Source: a virus | Taxonomy: Duplodnaviria; Caudoviricetes | DNA length: 64,000 bases | Virus record (IMG/VR): IMGVR_UViG_3300042197_001060 | Coordinates: 7,157-71,156 of that record | Direction: 5' to 3' (one strand) | Shown: piece after piece, positions 28,892 to 38,625 of the stretch | Layout: each line of letters opens with the position of its first letter | How positions within the stretch are numbered: position 1 is the first letter of the stretch | Position numbers and translations under genes: made by a program | Notes under the pieces: model-generated | What the model was told of the DNA's origin: nothing | What the model saw: only the letters and a program-made list of their open reading frames with translations | The model's database searches: none

Positions 28892-29517
28892 TATAGAGTA
28901 TCGTAATAATTGTTTTGTCTTTCTTGCCTATCAATTGTTTTTGGATGTATAATGCAATACACTTCATCCGATGGAAAATTAGTGTATGATTGAAACCCAA
29001 CAATTCTCTCATGTACCTTACCACTCCAACCAATTGTTTCTGGATTGTTTTTGTAAATACGAGTCTGAACATCAGGAAAATTAACCCAACCTTTCTCATT
29101 AACATTCCACCCCCACTTTTGAATATGTGCTTCAGTTAATCCTTCGACCGTATTAATTCTCGGAACTACTATTAGGTCTTTATCAGTATTCACTTCTAAT
29201 AATTCTTCCAAATTATAGATTAAATCATTTGATAGGTACTCATCTGCATCTAATTGGAATATCCACTCACCTTTACAATGTGAATTTAAAAAGTTCTTCC
29301 ATTGTGCAAAATCGTTATCAAATTCAGATTCAATTAAAGTGATGTAATTTGCATTAGCTTGTAATTCTAAATACTCAATCATTTCCGTAGAAGATTTTGG
29401 AGTATCTAAAAGGACTACTATTTCAGAATTTTCACCTTTATAGTTTATCAATTGAGTAACTAATCGTATAATTTCCTCATGCTCATTACAAGCCGTTATT
29501 GCGTAACTTAATTTCAT
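28891..29517 (-). CDS. GT2 glycosyltransferase
   Basis: LSYAITACNE, WIFQLDADE, PD.QTRI, KVHE. Confidence 0.85.
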   Translation of the reverse strand: MKLSYAITACNEHEEIIRLVTQLINYKGENSEIVVLLDTPKSSTEMIEYLELQANANYITLIESEFDNDFAQWKNFLNSHCKGEWIFQLDADEYLSNDLIYNLEELLEVNTDKDLIVVPRINTVEGLTEAHIQKWGWNVNEKGWVNFPDVQTRIYKNNPETIGWSGKVHERIVGFQSYTNFPSDEVYCIIHPKTIDRQERQNNYYDTL

Positions 29518-29518
29518 T

Positions 29519-29830
29519 TTAATCTGCATTGTGTTGAATTTTTATATCATCTAAACCTTCACCAGTTGTATATGGTGGATTGTATCCTGTGTTGGTATAA
29601 CTCCAAGCACTGCCACTTGGATATCCATAAGCAGTTGATGTACTTCCAAATCCAAATGGTGGATTAGTTATTGTTATACCAGGTGTTGGTGGAGTTACAA
29701 AATTGGGTTGTCCATCGTTAACCTCTGCCAATTTTGCTTTTAGTATATCCCACTGCATTGGGGTAATGTTGTACTGATGTACTCCTTGACTAAACCCTTG
29801 TAACCAAATTACAAATTCTTTTGATGTCAT
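29519..29830 (-). CDS. hypothetical protein
   Basis: MTSKEFVIWLQGF N-terminus and a low-complexity tail. Confidence 0.6.
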   Translation of the reverse strand: MTSKEFVIWLQGFSQGVHQYNITPMQWDILKAKLAEVNDGQPNFVTPPTPGITITNPPFGFGSTSTAYGYPSGSAWSYTNTGYNPPYTTGEGLDDIKIQHNAD

Positions 29831-29835
29831 AATTA

Positions 29836-30309
29836 TTATTTATTTTTTAATTGCGATGCTTCATCAATTCCTGTAGCAGGATTATATCGTGGAGTTAATG
29901 AAGTAATATCCATATCTAATTGAATTACTTTACCAAGCCCACTTAACTTATAAGTTCTATACGCTTCGTTTGTAATTATTGGAACTTTCATAACTACCTT
30001 TTGATAGAAGGCCTTTGCTCCACCTTTCATTTCTAACAGTTCGGTATCTTCATTTACAAACTTGCCAAAAAACTTTTTTATTAATTGAGGATTGATATTG
30101 GTTACTTTTACAGCATGTACAATATCTTTTACCTTTGAAACAAATAGTGTATATATAATTGGAGCAGTAGATTCACCGTATCTACCTTTAGTTCCATCTA
30201 TATATTCATATTCTTTTATAAGATAGAAATTTGCTCTTGTCATTTGATTTGGAACAATATAATTTCTATCATCTATAAATCGTCTATATAGTGGACTATA
30301 GTTTTGCAT
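29836..30309 (-). CDS. hypothetical protein (weak resemblance to DNA end-protector-like proteins)
   Basis: 157-aa ORF with an AYRTY motif; the assignment is tentative. Confidence 0.45.
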   Translation of the reverse strand: MQNYSPLYRRFIDDRNYIVPNQMTRANFYLIKEYEYIDGTKGRYGESTAPIIYTLFVSKVKDIVHAVKVTNINPQLIKKFFGKFVNEDTELLEMKGGAKAFYQKVVMKVPIITNEAYRTYKLSGLGKVIQLDMDITSLTPRYNPATGIDEASQLKNK

Positions 30310-31577
30310 TATTTATTTAACATTTTTAGTTTAGGTAATTGGAGTTGTTGGAACTTTGGTTGTATCTTACTATAAATACCATATTGATTCAAAATTCCAT
30401 CAAACAATTTAGTCATTTTTTCCAATCCAAAGTTTTGTTTATTTTGTTTGCCCAATTGTAAAGATGCCGTTTTGTGTTTGTCATAGTTCTTATAAACATC
30501 TTTTATGGATGATAATGCCTTTGAAATGTTTACATTAAACCATTGTGATTCTTTTAATAAGAATTGGTCTGCTGCTGATTCATGCACTGGTTTCAATTCA
30601 CCTTCCAATAAAACAGCTCCTTGCTTTAAGAAATCCAAATGTCCACTCCAATTAGATACAATTACAGGCTTACCCGTCAAACTAAACTCTAATAGGGGTC
30701 TACCAAACCCTTCACCCTTTGTAAAATTTAACATTGCTTTTACTTTCGGATGTTCGTATAATCCATTCATTTGAGATGGAGTTAAATCACCATGCAATAA
30801 GTAAACGGGAACTTGTCCATAATCTTTACCTAATACTTCTCTAATTTTTTTAATAGTGGTTTCTCTATCCATTACAGAGAATCCTGCTGAAGATGTTTTA
30901 AGAACTAATGCGGGTTTAACCTTTTCATTCTTAAATGCCATTGCGAATGTTTTAATCATCATTCCCACATTCTTTCTATCTTCTCCCAAATCACCTCTCA
31001 ACCAATGTCCTACGAATAGGAATGCAAACTCTTCTTTGATTGCATCTAATTCAGTAATATTCTCAAAGGTTTTGGTTCCAAAATCAGCTTCATCAAATCC
31101 TTCGAAAAGAATTTCAACAGGTTTTTGAATTCTATGTTGAGCAACTAATTGTCCGCTTTGTTTATCTTGCTCATTATATACCGTATCTACTAAACTTTTC
31201 TTTGAATGTTCGGACGGAACTATAATTAAATCCATTCGATTACATCCATGAATCCAATCTAATGCACAATGTGTAGTTTCGATTGCTGCAGTAATACCAA
31301 TGTTATAGAATCCCAAAGGTTGAAATTCATTTGGAACTGTAACTTGAATATAAATGTCAGGTTTTTCTGTAATCTGTGGGGTGATATTATCTACCGCCCA
31401 CTTATGAAATTGATTATCATAATTAAGAGCATCCATTGGGGTATTCCCCCAACGAGTGCTAATAATTTTAATATCAAACTTATCTAATTTATATAAAGAG
31501 TGTAACAAATCTCTCGCGTGGTCACCATATCCACTTCTTGTCGCAATTGGTGCCTGAAATACTAATGTTGGTTTCAT
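30309..31577 (-). CDS. GT4 (GT-B) glycosyltransferase
   Basis: TRSGYG, DRKN, KGEGFGRPLLE...GKPVI..WSGHLDF. Confidence 0.85.
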   Translation of the reverse strand: MKPTLVFQAPIATRSGYGDHARDLLHSLYKLDKFDIKIISTRWGNTPMDALNYDNQFHKWAVDNITPQITEKPDIYIQVTVPNEFQPLGFYNIGITAAIETTHCALDWIHGCNRMDLIIVPSEHSKKSLVDTVYNEQDKQSGQLVAQHRIQKPVEILFEGFDEADFGTKTFENITELDAIKEEFAFLFVGHWLRGDLGEDRKNVGMMIKTFAMAFKNEKVKPALVLKTSSAGFSVMDRETTIKKIREVLGKDYGQVPVYLLHGDLTPSQMNGLYEHPKVKAMLNFTKGEGFGRPLLEFSLTGKPVIVSNWSGHLDFLKQGAVLLEGELKPVHESAADQFLLKESQWFNVNISKALSSIKDVYKNYDKHKTASLQLGKQNKQNFGLEKMTKLFDGILNQYGIYSKIQPKFQQLQLPKLKMLNK

Positions 31578-31578
31578 A

Positions 31579-32961
31579 TTATAACTCTATTAACTTAAAT
31601 TTTTTCTTTGGTTTCCAATTTTCAAATGCTCCTTCCATACCATCTGATAGTGTTTTACACATTGCTTCTCTGCTCAACAAACCATCACCTAACATCCACT
31701 TTCTACCTTTTAATGTTGCTGCTTTTCTATCTTCTTTTGGAGTTAAATACCATTCCATAATCAATGGTGATATATCTTCGAAATCAACCCTATCATCAAA
31801 GATATAGGGAGTAGGAACTGAACCTGTAGTTGAACGAACTGGCCAAATTGGTTTAACCCAATCTCCCCAAACTACACCTGCTTTTTTATGTCTATCGTGT
31901 AATGAACCAATCTCTACATAATCTTCTGCGGTTAGTAATTTGCCAGTTGTAATATCTCTAAACCCACACTGGTCTTGCAATCCACCAGTCACTGTTACAA
32001 TAATTGGAGTTCCTGCCATTACTGATTCTGCAGTTGCTAATCCAAATCCTTCGTTAGATGCTACGTTAATTGTTACATCTCCCAAATTATAAAGATAGTT
32101 CAATTGTTCTTCTGTATATCGGTTTGGAGCAAATACTACATTTGTTTCAGGTGAACAACATTCTGCTATAGTTCTCGATAAATCCGTACCATGCTCTTCT
32201 ACTGGGTTAGTATGCATCAATAAACATACTTTACTTCTATGCTCTGGTGCTAATGCCTCCACAAATTTATCAAATGCAAGAATTACATCAATTGGTTGTT
32301 TTCTACGAATGTTTCTATTGTTCCAATATAAAACAAAATCGTATTCTTTATCACCAAATATTTCTTTTTTGAAACCAGCTGGTACTTCAACTGGCTTATA
32401 TAATTCCGAATTGATACCATGTGGTACATAACTCACTTGCCAATCAGCAGGTGGTGTCCAATGCTTTTCTTTATCCCATCCCCAAACTCTACGAGTAATC
32501 CCATAAGTTTGTTTTGAAATACATCCAATCCAATCACAACTTTCGTAATAATCTCTGTTGTATTTTGGGTCTGGTAAATCATCCCAAATGTGATAAAAGA
32601 AAAGGGGAACTGATTGACGAATTTCATGCTCAATTTCATACAACCAAATCCAATATCTCGGGTCTGTAAAGTGTAAGATTGCATCAGGTTTTTCTACCAT
32701 CAATAATTGACGAATAATGCCTGGATTTCCATAACCATCCGATGGGTAAATTTTTACATTCGCATCTTTTACACCCGTTTGTTCTCTAACACTTTCGTTT
32801 AAATCTAAAATCTTACCTGCTTCGGGATGTTTGATTGCTGCACCTAATTGAACCCAATCATATTTATCAACCGTTCCCATAACTAATTGTTTGGAAACAT
32901 TAGCGATGCCACTGGCCATTCGCAAGTCGTCCGATAATAATAAAATCTTCTTTTTTGCCAT
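31579..32961 (-). CDS. GT4 (GT-B) glycosyltransferase
   Basis: VPHGI, NRNIRRK, NEGFGLATAESVMAGTP...TGGLQDQ. Confidence 0.85.
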   Translation of the reverse strand: MAKKKILLLSDDLRMASGIANVSKQLVMGTVDKYDWVQLGAAIKHPEAGKILDLNESVREQTGVKDANVKIYPSDGYGNPGIIRQLLMVEKPDAILHFTDPRYWIWLYEIEHEIRQSVPLFFYHIWDDLPDPKYNRDYYESCDWIGCISKQTYGITRRVWGWDKEKHWTPPADWQVSYVPHGINSELYKPVEVPAGFKKEIFGDKEYDFVLYWNNRNIRRKQPIDVILAFDKFVEALAPEHRSKVCLLMHTNPVEEHGTDLSRTIAECCSPETNVVFAPNRYTEEQLNYLYNLGDVTINVASNEGFGLATAESVMAGTPIIVTVTGGLQDQCGFRDITTGKLLTAEDYVEIGSLHDRHKKAGVVWGDWVKPIWPVRSTTGSVPTPYIFDDRVDFEDISPLIMEWYLTPKEDRKAATLKGRKWMLGDGLLSREAMCKTLSDGMEGAFENWKPKKKFKLIEL

Positions 32962-32989
32962 AACTCTTTTTATAAATAATTATTGTTTT

Positions 32990-33856
32990 TTATATTTTTC
33001 CATCACAAATTCCCCTTTGTTTAAACTCACACCAATCACAAAGTTTTGATGGGTATTTAGGGTATTTTGAATCTACATTATATTCACCACTCTGGTCAAA
33101 CACACTATTAACGAATTCGGTAAATCCTTTCCATGCTTTATTCATAGATGGTTTACCACTTGCAGGTATGTGTCTACTGATACGAGGAATGTTATAATCT
33201 GTATTTTCGGATACCTTACGCTTTAAAATAATAAATTCTACATCTATTATATCTTCTGATATGTTTAGTAACTCTGCGTAAAACTTTTTGTATAAAAGTA
33301 ATTGAGTACTTTTAACCGAGTCTGCTTTTTGGGTTTTGGTCCAGCCTCTAGTTGAGGTTTTGAAATCCGTAATACGGTATCTACCCGTTGATTTACTTCT
33401 AACAATAAAGTCAATGAATCCTAAAAAGTTTACATTTTCTGCAATTTTGGTATTGATTGGTTGCTCTATTGCAATCAACTCATCATCCTTTAATGAAAAA
33501 AAGTTGTTGAAATTTTTAGACTTCTGAAAGTAATCTAAAATGAGACTACCATCTTCTAAAAACTCAACTAACTCTTCTTTGGAACATATTGGATTCTGTC
33601 CTTCATTTGATTCTTTTAAAAAGGATTCTCGCATTTTTTCTTTAAGAAACTCCTTTGTATTCATATTCTTATCTGCTTGCGATTTAGAAATACGCAAACA
33701 TCTACTTAAATATTCTTGCAAAGTTTCATGCATTGCAGAACCAAATACGGTGTGGATGCTAGATGATGATTCTCTCAAACCATCTATGTAAGCCAGTTTG
33801 TATTGATGGGGGCATGAAGACCACATACTGTATTGGGAAAACGAAACTCTTGCCAT
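32990..33856 (-). CDS. PD-(D/E)XK exonuclease, Cas4/RecB-like with Fe-S cysteines
   Basis: SFSQ...CP, FGSAMHE, GFIDF...DFKT, QL..Y, CDWCEF....C. Confidence 0.85.
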   Translation of the reverse strand: MARVSFSQYSMWSSCPHQYKLAYIDGLRESSSSIHTVFGSAMHETLQEYLSRCLRISKSQADKNMNTKEFLKEKMRESFLKESNEGQNPICSKEELVEFLEDGSLILDYFQKSKNFNNFFSLKDDELIAIEQPINTKIAENVNFLGFIDFIVRSKSTGRYRITDFKTSTRGWTKTQKADSVKSTQLLLYKKFYAELLNISEDIIDVEFIILKRKVSENTDYNIPRISRHIPASGKPSMNKAWKGFTEFVNSVFDQSGEYNVDSKYPKYPSKLCDWCEFKQRGICDGKI

Positions 33857-33872
33857 AGTGTGTTATTTGAAT

Positions 33873-33903
33873 ACAATATACACAATTTATTTCGTTTTTC
33901 CAA
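33873..33903 (-). promoter_or_regulatory. Bacteroidota-type promoter
   Basis: Minus strand TTG-N20-TATATTGT. Confidence 0.5.
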
Positions 33904-34738
33904 ATGTTTCTTCAATATAATTTTTTAATATATCAGCCCAAATTTCACACGCTTCTAAATTTGGATGACCCGAATTTCCTTTAAAATAATATTCATCATC
34001 ATTGAATTCTTCCATACCTTTATCAAAAAAAAATTTAAGCATTGTGGATACTTGTTTAAATACATAGGGGTTATTGAATATATTATCTATTAAATTTTCA
34101 TTAATAAGATAACCATCTTCTCTTTTAATAATATGTTTTTCAAAATCTTCAATATATGTTTTTATTTTAAATTCTTCATTTACATTATTAGAATTAGATT
34201 CTTTTAGATAAAAATTTCTATTATGCTCAAATGGTTTATGGTCGTTTATACCATCAAATAATATGTAAGGATAACCTTTTGATTCAAAATAAGAAGTTAG
34301 TGATAATATGTTTTGAAACGTTTTGTATAATGCAAATGTTATATTGTTATATACATAAATTAATTCATCTTTATTTTTATAAATCCATTTAGATGCACCG
34401 TTTCCATTTTTATAGGAATCCATATGTCTGTGAAAACACAATGGGGTTACATGCCATTCTTGTGGTGATTTTACCATATCATCATAATAGACATGATATC
34501 TCAAACATTCTGTTAATTGGATAACAAATAGTGCATCTTTTGCAATATCTCTTTTGATTTCACAAAATTCAAGAGTTCTCCAAGTAATAGTATCATTCCC
34601 ACTACCACCTTTTCCTAAATTTACAACTTTTAAATTTAATTTTTCTCCTAAAAATTTAGGCCATGCTCCTTCATTCCCCAATAAATGTCCTTCTGTAAAT
34701 GAACATCCGTTTGTAACTAAATATTTTTTATTTAGCAT
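33887..34738 (-). CDS. SGNH-like protein
   Basis: NGCSFTEG, NLGKGGSGN, GHPN. Confidence 0.65.
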   Translation of the reverse strand: MLNKKYLVTNGCSFTEGHLLGNEGAWPKFLGEKLNLKVVNLGKGGSGNDTITWRTLEFCEIKRDIAKDALFVIQLTECLRYHVYYDDMVKSPQEWHVTPLCFHRHMDSYKNGNGASKWIYKNKDELIYVYNNITFALYKTFQNILSLTSYFESKGYPYILFDGINDHKPFEHNRNFYLKESNSNNVNEEFKIKTYIEDFEKHIIKREDGYLINENLIDNIFNNPYVFKQVSTMLKFFFDKGMEEFNDDEYYFKGNSGHPNLEACEIWADILKNYIEETFGKTK

Positions 34739-35190
34739 TATATTTTTAATTTCAATTTTGTTATCAACTTTTTATCAGTACCGTATTTTTCACATACATA
34801 TTTTATATACTCTCTACCTTCTCTCGTTGCATACAAAACTTCAACATAATCTATTGCGTGTCTTTCTGAACAATCGTATTCTTTTTTAATCAAATCAACT
34901 AAAAATGATTCGTATTTTTCTTCACCCTTTCCTTTGATGTATTTAAGATAATACTTACCTTTGGGTATGATACTGATATACAACTTATACATTTCCTTCG
35001 GTTCTAATGTTTGAGTCAAAGGTAATATAGTTGCAATCAGTTCTACCCATTCTGGTTTCATGGAAAGAAATCTGTTAATCATAAAGTTGCTCCACGACTT
35101 AACATCTTCCTCTGTAAGTTTATCAAAATACTTTGGGTCTTGCTCCGATGTGATTGCAGCAATGTGGTCAAATAGTTTTTTTCCTGCCAT
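34738..35190 (-). CDS. clamp loader small subunit (T4 gp62-like)
   Basis: FMINRFLSM...IPKGKYYLKYIK; adjacent to the large subunit. Start trimmed to MAGKK. Confidence 0.7.
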   Translation of the reverse strand: MAGKKLFDHIAAITSEQDPKYFDKLTEEDVKSWSNFMINRFLSMKPEWVELIATILPLTQTLEPKEMYKLYISIIPKGKYYLKYIKGKGEEKYESFLVDLIKKEYDCSERHAIDYVEVLYATREGREYIKYVCEKYGTDKKLITKLKLKI

Positions 35191-35192
35191 TA

Positions 35193-35429
35193 TTATACTA
35201 TTGATGATGGTGTATCTCTCAATTCCAAAGGTAATAACTCCTGCAATGCTTTTCCACATTGGGTGCAAAGATACATTTCAATTGGAATGATTGAATCCTG
35301 TGCGTTACCAGTCATTATTTTACTTAATTTTTTAAACCTATATCCTGGCATAAATGTTTTATTTCCACATTCACACGTCATATCTCTCGCATCATTTAGG
35401 CTGATTCCACTTGGTAATCCCTGTTCCAT
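35193..35429 (-). CDS. small zinc-ribbon protein
   Basis: CECG...CTQCG. Confidence 0.7.
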   Translation of the reverse strand: MEQGLPSGISLNDARDMTCECGNKTFMPGYRFKKLSKIMTGNAQDSIIPIEMYLCTQCGKALQELLPLELRDTPSSIV

Positions 35430-36376
35430 TATTTTATAATATTTAAAATTTGAATAATTGTACTCATAAACACTATTTCTTTATCTACTACTAATGCATC
35501 TTTGGATAATCCCTCTGCAATAGTTAAGATTACATTTGCCGTATTTCCTGCTGCGTATTCATCTACTCTACTATATAACATAGAATACATTTCCGAATAA
35601 TCATTCAATCGGTTATCTGCAACTGCTTGTCTGATATTCATAAACATATTTCTCTTATCATCATTTGCTTTCAATAAATCTACCAACTTTGTTTGGAAAT
35701 TAGATTCAACCATAATTTGATGGTCTACTTTTAACTCTCCTTTTGCAGATTGTAATTGGCAAGTGTTTAGAATTCTACGGATGTCTGGATAATATGAACT
35801 GATAATATCTGCTACATTCTTAACATCGTATTTGATTTTTTCAGCATCTAAAATTCTAGTGACCTGAATTGCAACATCTTTCTTTGTGGGTGGTGTGATT
35901 GCAAATGTTTGACATCTACTTTTAATTGGGTCAATAATCTTTTCGTGATAATTACAGGTTAGAATGAATCTACAATGTTTAGAAAATGTCTCCATTAAGT
36001 TACGAAGGATTGCCTGTGCGTTTGGAGTCATATAATCAAACTCATCTAATATAATCACTTTAAATCCTGCGAAACCTACTGATGATGCGAAGTTCTTAAC
36101 CTTTGTTCTTACGGTGTCCACATTGTTTTCATCCGATGCGTTGATAATCATACTATCACACTTAATTGTATTAACGATAAGTTTTGCAAGTGTAGTTTTA
36201 CCCGTACCCGCTTTACCATAAAACAATAGGTGTGGAATATCGTGAGTATCTAAATATTGTTGGATTGTTTCTTTTACTTGCTCATTTCCTACATAATCTG
36301 CAAGTGTTTGTGGGCGGTATTTCTCCACCCACAAAGTATGTTCTCTTTTGCTTATATCGTTTGCGAAAAAACTCAT
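35429..36376 (-). CDS. clamp loader large subunit (gp44/RFC-like AAA+)
   Basis: LWVEKYRP, GKAGTGKT, INASD, LDEFD, SRC. Confidence 0.95.
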   Translation of the reverse strand: MSFFANDISKREHTLWVEKYRPQTLADYVGNEQVKETIQQYLDTHDIPHLLFYGKAGTGKTTLAKLIVNTIKCDSMIINASDENNVDTVRTKVKNFASSVGFAGFKVIILDEFDYMTPNAQAILRNLMETFSKHCRFILTCNYHEKIIDPIKSRCQTFAITPPTKKDVAIQVTRILDAEKIKYDVKNVADIISSYYPDIRRILNTCQLQSAKGELKVDHQIMVESNFQTKLVDLLKANDDKRNMFMNIRQAVADNRLNDYSEMYSMLYSRVDEYAAGNTANVILTIAEGLSKDALVVDKEIVFMSTIIQILNIIK

Positions 36377-37074
36377 AGTTGTTTAATTATTGATTCTGCT
36401 AATATTTTGTGTCCTTCCATACATAAGTGAGTATCATTTGAAGTAGCTATATGGTATTTAAATTCTTCTTGCTGATTTATAAATAGATTATGTTTTTCAG
36501 CCCATCTTCTAATCATATATTCACCATCAACCGATAATCCGTATTTTTCAATTTGTTCTTTTAATAGTATGCTTTCCCATTCATCACTATGAAATATAAT
36601 TTTCAATTTATTAGGATAATTTACAAAAATTTTTTCTAATTGTAAAAAGTATTCTAATTGGATTTTTTCAATATTCTCAATCGTATAATTAACATCTTCC
36701 TGTGTTATACGTTTTTCTCTTATTAATGATTTGATAGTTACCGGCAATCCTTGCCATTCCCAACCATTTGTAAAATATCTATTAAAATGTGTAAGCTGAA
36801 TTATAAAATATTCATATTCATCTATTTTTACAGATTTCAAATCATTCAATATTCTTCCATTTGATTTGCTGCTTAAAGATTTATTCGTTTCAACAAAATC
36901 AAAATGATTGGAAACAATCGCACTATATCTATTTTTTGTAATGAAATCTATATCACTTTTTTTGAAACCATATTTACTCATACGGTGTTCATTAAAAATA
37001 TCTAAAGAGTTACAATACAATTCTAATCCTTGCCCCCAAGTATATGAACATCCATCAAAATATATTTTTTTCAT
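36373..37074 (-). CDS. SGNH-like protein
   Basis: DGCSYTWG, SN..I, DTHL...GH. Start trimmed to MKKIYF. Confidence 0.6.
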   Translation of the reverse strand: MKKIYFDGCSYTWGQGLELYCNSLDIFNEHRMSKYGFKKSDIDFITKNRYSAIVSNHFDFVETNKSLSSKSNGRILNDLKSVKIDEYEYFIIQLTHFNRYFTNGWEWQGLPVTIKSLIREKRITQEDVNYTIENIEKIQLEYFLQLEKIFVNYPNKLKIIFHSDEWESILLKEQIEKYGLSVDGEYMIRRWAEKHNLFINQQEEFKYHIATSNDTHLCMEGHKILAESIIKQL

Positions 37075-37075
37075 A

Positions 37076-37543
37076 TTATTTTCCAGTTGAACCAAATCCA
37101 CCTTTACCTCTTTCGGTGCTAGATAATTCTTCTGCTTCTTCAAATCTAATTGTTGGATATGGTAGGATTATAATTTGTGCAATTCTATCACCCACTTTAT
37201 AAAATTCATTTGATGTATGTTCTGTATTTTTTGTTTCATCGTAAAATCTTTCACTACCAAATATTTTATTAAATGTAGCTTGCAGTTCACCTCTATATCC
37301 ACTATCAATTACCCCAACCGAATTACTTAATTGTAATCCTGTTTTTCTAATTGATGAACGAGGAAATACCAATCCAACAAATCCTTCAGGTATTTCTAAT
37401 GCAATACCAGTACCATATGTAATATGTTCTGGTGTATCTTTAATAATTTCAGTTGCTACCAAATCCATCCCAGCATCACCATACTTTGCATATTGTGGAA
37501 TTACTGCATCTGTATGTAGTTTTTTAATTTTAACCGTTTCCAT
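37076..37543 (-). CDS. dut: trimeric dUTPase
   Basis: GDAGMDL, PRSS, GVIDSGYRGE, RIAQ, RGKGGFGSTG. Confidence 0.95.
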   Translation of the reverse strand: METVKIKKLHTDAVIPQYAKYGDAGMDLVATEIIKDTPEHITYGTGIALEIPEGFVGLVFPRSSIRKTGLQLSNSVGVIDSGYRGELQATFNKIFGSERFYDETKNTEHTSNEFYKVGDRIAQIIILPYPTIRFEEAEELSSTERGKGGFGSTGK

Positions 37544-37838
37544 TATCTTGTTCTTTTCTAATTTTTTTGGTTTCTTCTGAAATAGGTCTTGCAAATATTT
37601 TAAACTCCATACCATTTTGCTTAAAGGTTAATACATCACCCTCTGCAGGTTGTAATTGTAGAACTAACGGAGAAGGTTCTGTATTTTCAGTTTGCCAACC
37701 AAATACTACCGGTTCATTATTAAAAAACTGAAAACACCATTCTGCATCTGCGATTGGAGTTGCTTCAGATACACCAATACTACCTGCATCCTGATTTTGT
37801 AATTTCTCTTCCGGAAATAATTCTAATTGCTTTTTCAT
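37530..37838 (-). CDS. hypothetical protein
   Basis: 102-aa ORF in operon context. Confidence 0.6.
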   Translation of the reverse strand: MKKQLELFPEEKLQNQDAGSIGVSEATPIADAEWCFQFFNNEPVVFGWQTENTEPSPLVLQLQPAEGDVLTFKQNGMEFKIFARPISEETKKIRKEQDNGNG

Positions 37839-37876
37839 TGTATATAATTTATTTTTCGTAATTTAGTTTATTTTTT

Positions 37877-38623
37877 TTATATTTCAAAATTTTCTTTAAT
37901 ATATTTGTATAGATTTTTTGCGTATTCTTCATTTTGAAGTGATGTTGCGTGTGTGTGACTATCTTTAAAATTTGGATAATCACCATCAAATCTACTTTCA
38001 TCGGTATATTCCGTCCCAACAAATGTACCATTCCAAATAAACGGAATTTGTTTTGATTTCAAATAATAAGTTATTAATTGGTGATTTTTATACCAATTTA
38101 TAAAATCTTCTTTATCATTTGATGATGCAATTTTATTAGCCCATATCATTCTACCTTCTTTTTCTTCATCAAAATATCCCCAAGGATTTGGGTGGTATGG
38201 TTCTACATCACCATTATCTCTGTAGAATTCTCTCCTATGAGGATATGTGTACATCACCAATACTATTGATGGTTTTAATTCGTCTACCCAAGTTAAAATA
38301 CTTCTGGCAATATAATCATTACTTCTACCACTTATACCCAAATTTAAATCAACACCATTTGGTATCATTCTAGATAAACAATGTGACCAAGTTTGTCTAT
38401 CATGTACACCTATTCCTTCAGTGTGAGAACATCCAACTGACATTATTTTCAATCCTTTCTTTTTAGGTGAATCACCTCTAAATCCTAACTCATTGAATGT
38501 ATAATAACAAGTTCCAGCATCTGAACCGTTTCCTAATAATTCTTTATTCTTTCTTTCTTTTAATAGCCACTTATAACTTGCTATATCAAATCCATTTGGA
38601 TTCCAAAATTTTAAACTTTCCAT
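37877..38623 (-). CDS. SGNH-like protein
   Basis: FNELGFRGD, GCSHTEG, NLGISGRSND.IAR, DSHTH. Confidence 0.65.
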   Translation of the reverse strand: MESLKFWNPNGFDIASYKWLLKERKNKELLGNGSDAGTCYYTFNELGFRGDSPKKKGLKIMSVGCSHTEGIGVHDRQTWSHCLSRMIPNGVDLNLGISGRSNDYIARSILTWVDELKPSIVLVMYTYPHRREFYRDNGDVEPYHPNPWGYFDEEKEGRMIWANKIASSNDKEDFINWYKNHQLITYYLKSKQIPFIWNGTFVGTEYTDESRFDGDYPNFKDSHTHATSLQNEEYAKNLYKYIKENFEI

Positions 38624-38625
38624 AA

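Noticed and set aside
32990-33856. CRISPR-Cas locus suggested by the Cas4-like nuclease
   Set aside because: No repeat-spacer array or other cas genes seen; solo Cas4-like nucleases are common in phages.
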